Shown here in pieces: positions 60,398-64,000 of a DNA stretch of 64,000 nucleotides. Both the position numbers and the translations under genes were made by a program. The stretch comes from Candidatus Latescibacterota bacterium (GTDB taxonomy: Bacteria; Latescibacterota; UBA2968; UBA8231): assembly GCA_965204725.1 (NCBI GenBank), contig OZ242005.1, forward strand, positions 4,352,001 through 4,416,000, read 5' to 3'. Each line of letters begins with the position of its first letter. Position 1 is the first letter of the stretch. Below the pieces are notes generated by a model. It worked only from the letters and a program-made list of their open reading frames with translations, made no database searches and was not told where the DNA came from.

Positions 60398-61720
60398 CTA
60401 ATCGCCGTAATAGTGCTGCGGCAGCCACAGCGCGATCTGCGGGAACATCATCACCAAGACGATGGCCAAACACATCACCAAGACAAACGGGGCGATAGAC
60501 CTGTAAATGTCCAGCAGACTGATCTCCGGCGGCACCATGGCCCGCATCAGGAACAGGTTGTAGCCGAAAGGCGGCGTCATGTAGGCAACTTGGCAGGTAA
60601 TGGTATAGAGTACGCCGTACCAGATGGGATCAAAGCCGAGCGCGATGATCAGCGGCACATACAGCGGCGCGACGATGACCAGCATTGCGGTGTCGTCCAA
60701 AAACATGCCCATGACCAAGTAGGACACCTGCATCATGATCAGCACGGCCCAAGGGCTCAACAGCCAGCGTTCAATAAACAGCGATTCTATCGCCTTGACC
60801 GCGCCCAGCCCGTCGAACACCGCACCGAAGCACAGAGCCGCCAAGATGATCCACATAAACATACAACTGATGCCCAAGGACTTGTTCAACGTGTCCTCGA
60901 GCACCGGCCGGGTCAGGCGGCGCTTGCCCAGCGCGACGAGGGTGGTGGCGGCAGCACCGACCGCGGAACTTTCGACCAAGCTGGTGACCCCCAGCAGGAA
61001 CAGGCCGGTCATCGCAAAGAAAATCAGCAGCGGCAGAACCCCGGTGCGCAACAACTTCAGTTTTTCCGCCAGCGGGAGCTGCCGTTCCGCTGGCGGCAGC
61101 GGAGGCCCGAGCTTGGGATCGAGCCGACAGCGGGTGGCGATGTACAGGACGAACAGCCCGGCCAGCAACAGGCCGGGAAACACCCCAGCCAACCACAGTT
61201 GCCCGACCGGCTGCCGGGCGATCATGCCGTACAATACCAGCACCACGCTCGGCGGCACGAGAATGCCGAGGGAACTGCCAGCCTGCACTACGCCGGTGAT
61301 CATGACCTTGTCGTAGCCGCGCTTGAGCATCTCCGGCAAGGCGATGCTGGCGCCGATGGCCATGCCGGCCACGCTCAATCCGTTCATCGCCGAGATCACC
61401 ACCATTAGGCCGATGGTGCCGATGGCGAGGCCGCCCCTAAGCGGCCCAAACCAGACGTGAAAGGCGCGGTATAGGTCGCTGGCCAAGCCGGATTCGGACA
61501 GCATGTAGCCCATGTAGATGAACAAAGGCAGGGTCAGCAGCGGATACCAGTTGAACAGCTTGAACGCCGCACTGAATGGGATTTCGACTCCGCCGACGCC
61601 CCACAACAGCAGCGCGAAGGCCGTGGCGACAAAGCCGATGACGCCGAACACGCGCTGGCCGGCGAGCAACATCACCAGCATCGACGAAAACATCAGCAGC
61701 CCGATCAGTTCGTAGCTCAC
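60398..61720 (-). CDS. dctM: TRAP transporter large permease
   Basis: LTLPLFIYMG, PEMLKRGY, LGILVPPS, YMTPPFGYNLF, FPQIALWLP; GTG 61720 overlaps the upstream stop. Confidence 0.92.
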   Translation of the reverse strand: MSYELIGLLMFSSMLVMLLAGQRVFGVIGFVATAFALLLWGVGGVEIPFSAAFKLFNWYPLLTLPLFIYMGYMLSESGLASDLYRAFHVWFGPLRGGLAIGTIGLMVVISAMNGLSVAGMAIGASIALPEMLKRGYDKVMITGVVQAGSSLGILVPPSVVLVLYGMIARQPVGQLWLAGVFPGLLLAGLFVLYIATRCRLDPKLGPPLPPAERQLPLAEKLKLLRTGVLPLLIFFAMTGLFLLGVTSLVESSAVGAAATTLVALGKRRLTRPVLEDTLNKSLGISCMFMWIILAALCFGAVFDGLGAVKAIESLFIERWLLSPWAVLIMMQVSYLVMGMFLDDTAMLVIVAPLYVPLIIALGFDPIWYGVLYTITCQVAYMTPPFGYNLFLMRAMVPPEISLLDIYRSIAPFVLVMCLAIVLVMMFPQIALWLPQHYYGD

Positions 61721-62229
61721 GGAAGCGGCTTTCCCCGCGCCGCGGCCAAGTCCCTGAAGAAAACGGCGACGATCTGCAACAGCATCAGGGCGATGCCGAC
61801 GGTCATGGCGATCTTGATCGGCGCCATCGGCGGTGCCCAGACCGAGTAGTTCTTCTGGTTGTATTCGAGTGCGTACTGCGTACTGGAGACGCCGCCGTAG
61901 AGCAGCACGACCAAGTAGGCGAGCAGGCCGACAGCGGTAATGCAATCCACCACCGCCTTGGTCTTGGGCGACCAACGAGCGTACAGCAAATCCATCCTGA
62001 CGTGTGAATCGAGCTGGATTGAATAGCCGCCACCGAGCAGGTAGTAGGCAGCCATGGTCATCTGCGCCACTTCTACGGACCAGAGGAGGGGCGCGTCAAA
62101 GAGGGTTCTGGAGAGGGACGAGTACAACAGCACGCCCATTATGACGAACACCAGATACATCGCAAACCGACCGACGATGCCGTTCAGCCGGTCAATCAGG
62201 CGCACGTACCTAACGACGATCCGCGGCAA
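61717..62229 (-). CDS. dctQ: TRAP transporter small permease
   Basis: Four TM segments; WSVEVAQ, HVRMDLLY; lies between dctP and dctM. Confidence 0.9.
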   Translation of the reverse strand: MPRIVVRYVRLIDRLNGIVGRFAMYLVFVIMGVLLYSSLSRTLFDAPLLWSVEVAQMTMAAYYLLGGGYSIQLDSHVRMDLLYARWSPKTKAVVDCITAVGLLAYLVVLLYGGVSSTQYALEYNQKNYSVWAPPMAPIKIAMTVGIALMLLQIVAVFFRDLAAARGKPLP

Positions 62230-62300
62230 AATTCTTCAGGCTAGCCGGGAACTCGTGCCCAAGGCTGGGTCGTTTTGGCTGGCAAGGCGGTGCTTAGGAG

Positions 62301-63344
62301 TTAGGAGTAGCGATAGGGCCGACCGGCCTTGGCCATCGTCGCGTTGTACTGCTTGAGTATGTCGATGACCCGGGCCGCCCTCGGGCTGGTCTGGGCGATC
62401 TCGTCCCAGAACTTGAGTGCTTCGTCTTCCACTTGCTTCCATTCCGCGTCGGGAATGGACGTGAGTTCGAGCTTCGTGCCTTGGGTCCGCAAGTGCGCCT
62501 CGCCGCCCCAGTACCAGTGCTGGCGGTAATAGTGCGAGCTGTCCATGCAGACGCGGAACAGTTCCTGCAAGCGCTCGGGCAGCGCGTTCCACGAATCGCT
62601 GTTGGCAAAAAACGAGCCACACCACGCGCCGGAGATATTGTTGGTCAGGAAGTAGTTGGTTACGTCCGCCCAGCCGACCGTGTAGTCCTCGGTGATGCCC
62701 GACCACGCGATGCCGTCCAACTCGCCGGTCTGCACCGCGACCTCAATGTCCTCATAAGGCAGAGTAACCGGCACCACGCCGAAACGGGACAGGAACCTGC
62801 CGGCGGTCGGAAAGGTGGTAATGCGCTTGCCCTTGAGGTCGTCTAGGCTGCGGATGGGTTCAACCGTGTTGAAATGGCAGGGATCCCACGCCCCCGCGCT
62901 CAGCCAAGTTACGCCGTCGATTTCACCGTAGGCTTCTTGCCAAATTTCCCGCAGGCCGTACTGGTTGAACAGCACCGGCACGTCGAGACTGTAGCGCGTG
63001 GCAAAGGGGAAGTACCCGCCAAACACCGAAATGTCGGCGGGCGAAGCCATGGAATCGTCGTCGCTCTGTACCGCGTCAATCGTGCCCTTTTGCAACGCTC
63101 GGAACAGTTCGGGCGTCGGCACGAGCTGGTCTGCGGTGTACAGCTCGATGGTCATTTCGCCGTTGGCGATCTTGTTGAACGAATGGATCGCTGGCTTGAC
63201 CACGTGCTCGGCCAATGGACCACCGGCATAGGTTTGCAGACGCCACCGAATGGGGGCCTTGGTTTGGGCGATCACCGCTGGTGCGTTGACCGCAGCGGCC
63301 ACGCCAGCGACGCCGGCTGTTTTCAGAAAATCGCGTTTGTTCAT
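62301..63344 (-). CDS. dctP: TRAP transporter substrate-binding protein with Tat-like signal
   Basis: NKRDFLK signal; WRLQT; ELFRALQKGTID; SLDDLKGKRI; AVQTGELDG. Confidence 0.9.
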   Translation of the reverse strand: MNKRDFLKTAGVAGVAAAVNAPAVIAQTKAPIRWRLQTYAGGPLAEHVVKPAIHSFNKIANGEMTIELYTADQLVPTPELFRALQKGTIDAVQSDDDSMASPADISVFGGYFPFATRYSLDVPVLFNQYGLREIWQEAYGEIDGVTWLSAGAWDPCHFNTVEPIRSLDDLKGKRITTFPTAGRFLSRFGVVPVTLPYEDIEVAVQTGELDGIAWSGITEDYTVGWADVTNYFLTNNISGAWCGSFFANSDSWNALPERLQELFRVCMDSSHYYRQHWYWGGEAHLRTQGTKLELTSIPDAEWKQVEDEALKFWDEIAQTSPRAARVIDILKQYNATMAKAGRPYRYS

Positions 63345-63387
63345 TGGGGGGTCGTTTCGTCAGGACATTCCGTGGGTAGAGGACGCC

Positions 63388-63999
63388 TCAGAGGGCGACG
63401 GCTTGGTCTAAGGCGCGGATGTAGCCAACAGTCCAAGCTAGCCCGGCGGCGTGGTCGCCCGCGATGGCCGGGAAGTGCTCGGGGTAAATCTGACCTTTGT
63501 AGTCGATCTCTTTGAGGGCGCGGATGGTGCCGACCATATCGACCTCCCCCTTGCCAAAAGGCACTTCGAGGTAGCCTAAGTCCGCCAGCCGCTGCTCGAT
63601 TTCTGGAGTACTCGGCCCTTCGGGCTTGGTGGCGATGTCGCGCACGTGGACCATAAAGACCTTGTCGCCAAAGTGGCGGATCGTGTCGGGCAAGCTGTCG
63701 CCGGCCATTTGCGACTTGCCTTGGCAGAAGGTCAGGCCGTGGGCCGGCGAGTCGGTTGCGGCCATTAGACTAGCAAAGGACTCTCTGTTCCAGATTAGGC
63801 GGTCGGACACGTGAAACGTGTGGGTAGAGATTCGCACACCGGCCTCTTCGCCGATTTGGCCGAGTGTTTGGAAGATTTCCACCAAGCCCTGCCAGTGGGT
63901 TTGCCGCTGGTCTGGGTCGGTGGGGGCCGCGTCGGCACTGAGGTAGAAATGCACGAAAGGTATCTGCGCGTGGCCCATGTTTTCGATTAGGCGACGCAT
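63388..63999 (-). CDS. Mannonate dehydratase (UxuA)-like protein; 5-prime end lies outside the window
   Basis: GLTFCQG, FMVHVRD, GEVDMVGTIRAL, YPEHFP, LAWTVGYIRAL. Confidence 0.75.
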   Translation of the reverse strand: MRRLIENMGHAQIPFVHFYLSADAAPTDPDQRQTHWQGLVEIFQTLGQIGEEAGVRISTHTFHVSDRLIWNRESFASLMAATDSPAHGLTFCQGKSQMAGDSLPDTIRHFGDKVFMVHVRDIATKPEGPSTPEIEQRLADLGYLEVPFGKGEVDMVGTIRALKEIDYKGQIYPEHFPAIAGDHAAGLAWTVGYIRALDQAVAL

Positions 64000-64000
64000 G

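Overview
GC-rich, densely coding bacterial (diderm) chromosomal window with about 50 supportable CDS. I see no rRNA, tRNA, CRISPR array or intact IS. The backbone is carbohydrate and organic-solute scavenging: two UxuA-like dehydratases, two SMP-30/gluconolactonases, an SSS symporter, a long NagB fusion, a TRAP system, a YejABEF-type ABC importer, three Fe(II)/2OG dioxygenases, an LLM monooxygenase and a class III aminotransferase. It also carries ferritin, a TonB-dependent receptor, sthA, pdxS/pdxT, two Wzx-like flippases and a COG3014/LpoB lipoprotein operon. Small AT-richer defence inserts interrupt it: two convergent methyltransferase/nuclease pairs (one headed by an orphan Phd/YefM-family gene with a perfect 16-bp palindrome upstream), an Rpn-family nuclease with a strong internal RBS/ATG, a RelE(Gp49)/HTH toxin-antitoxin pair and a higB scar. 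A 12-kb MacAB-like export cluster has a textbook sigma54 promoter, its own NtrC-type two-component system and two tandem, mosaically diverged TlpA-like thioredoxin genes. Sequence-level oddities are a near absence of CCWGG with abundant CCAAG/CTTGG/CTAG, a REP hairpin nested inside another REP, a stand-alone N-terminal half of GlnE, and a strongly G/T-skewed ankyrin island. The gene content resembles marine sponge-associated lineages (Latescibacterota/Poribacteria-like), but that is inference only. All calls come from motif recognition by eye, with no database search.
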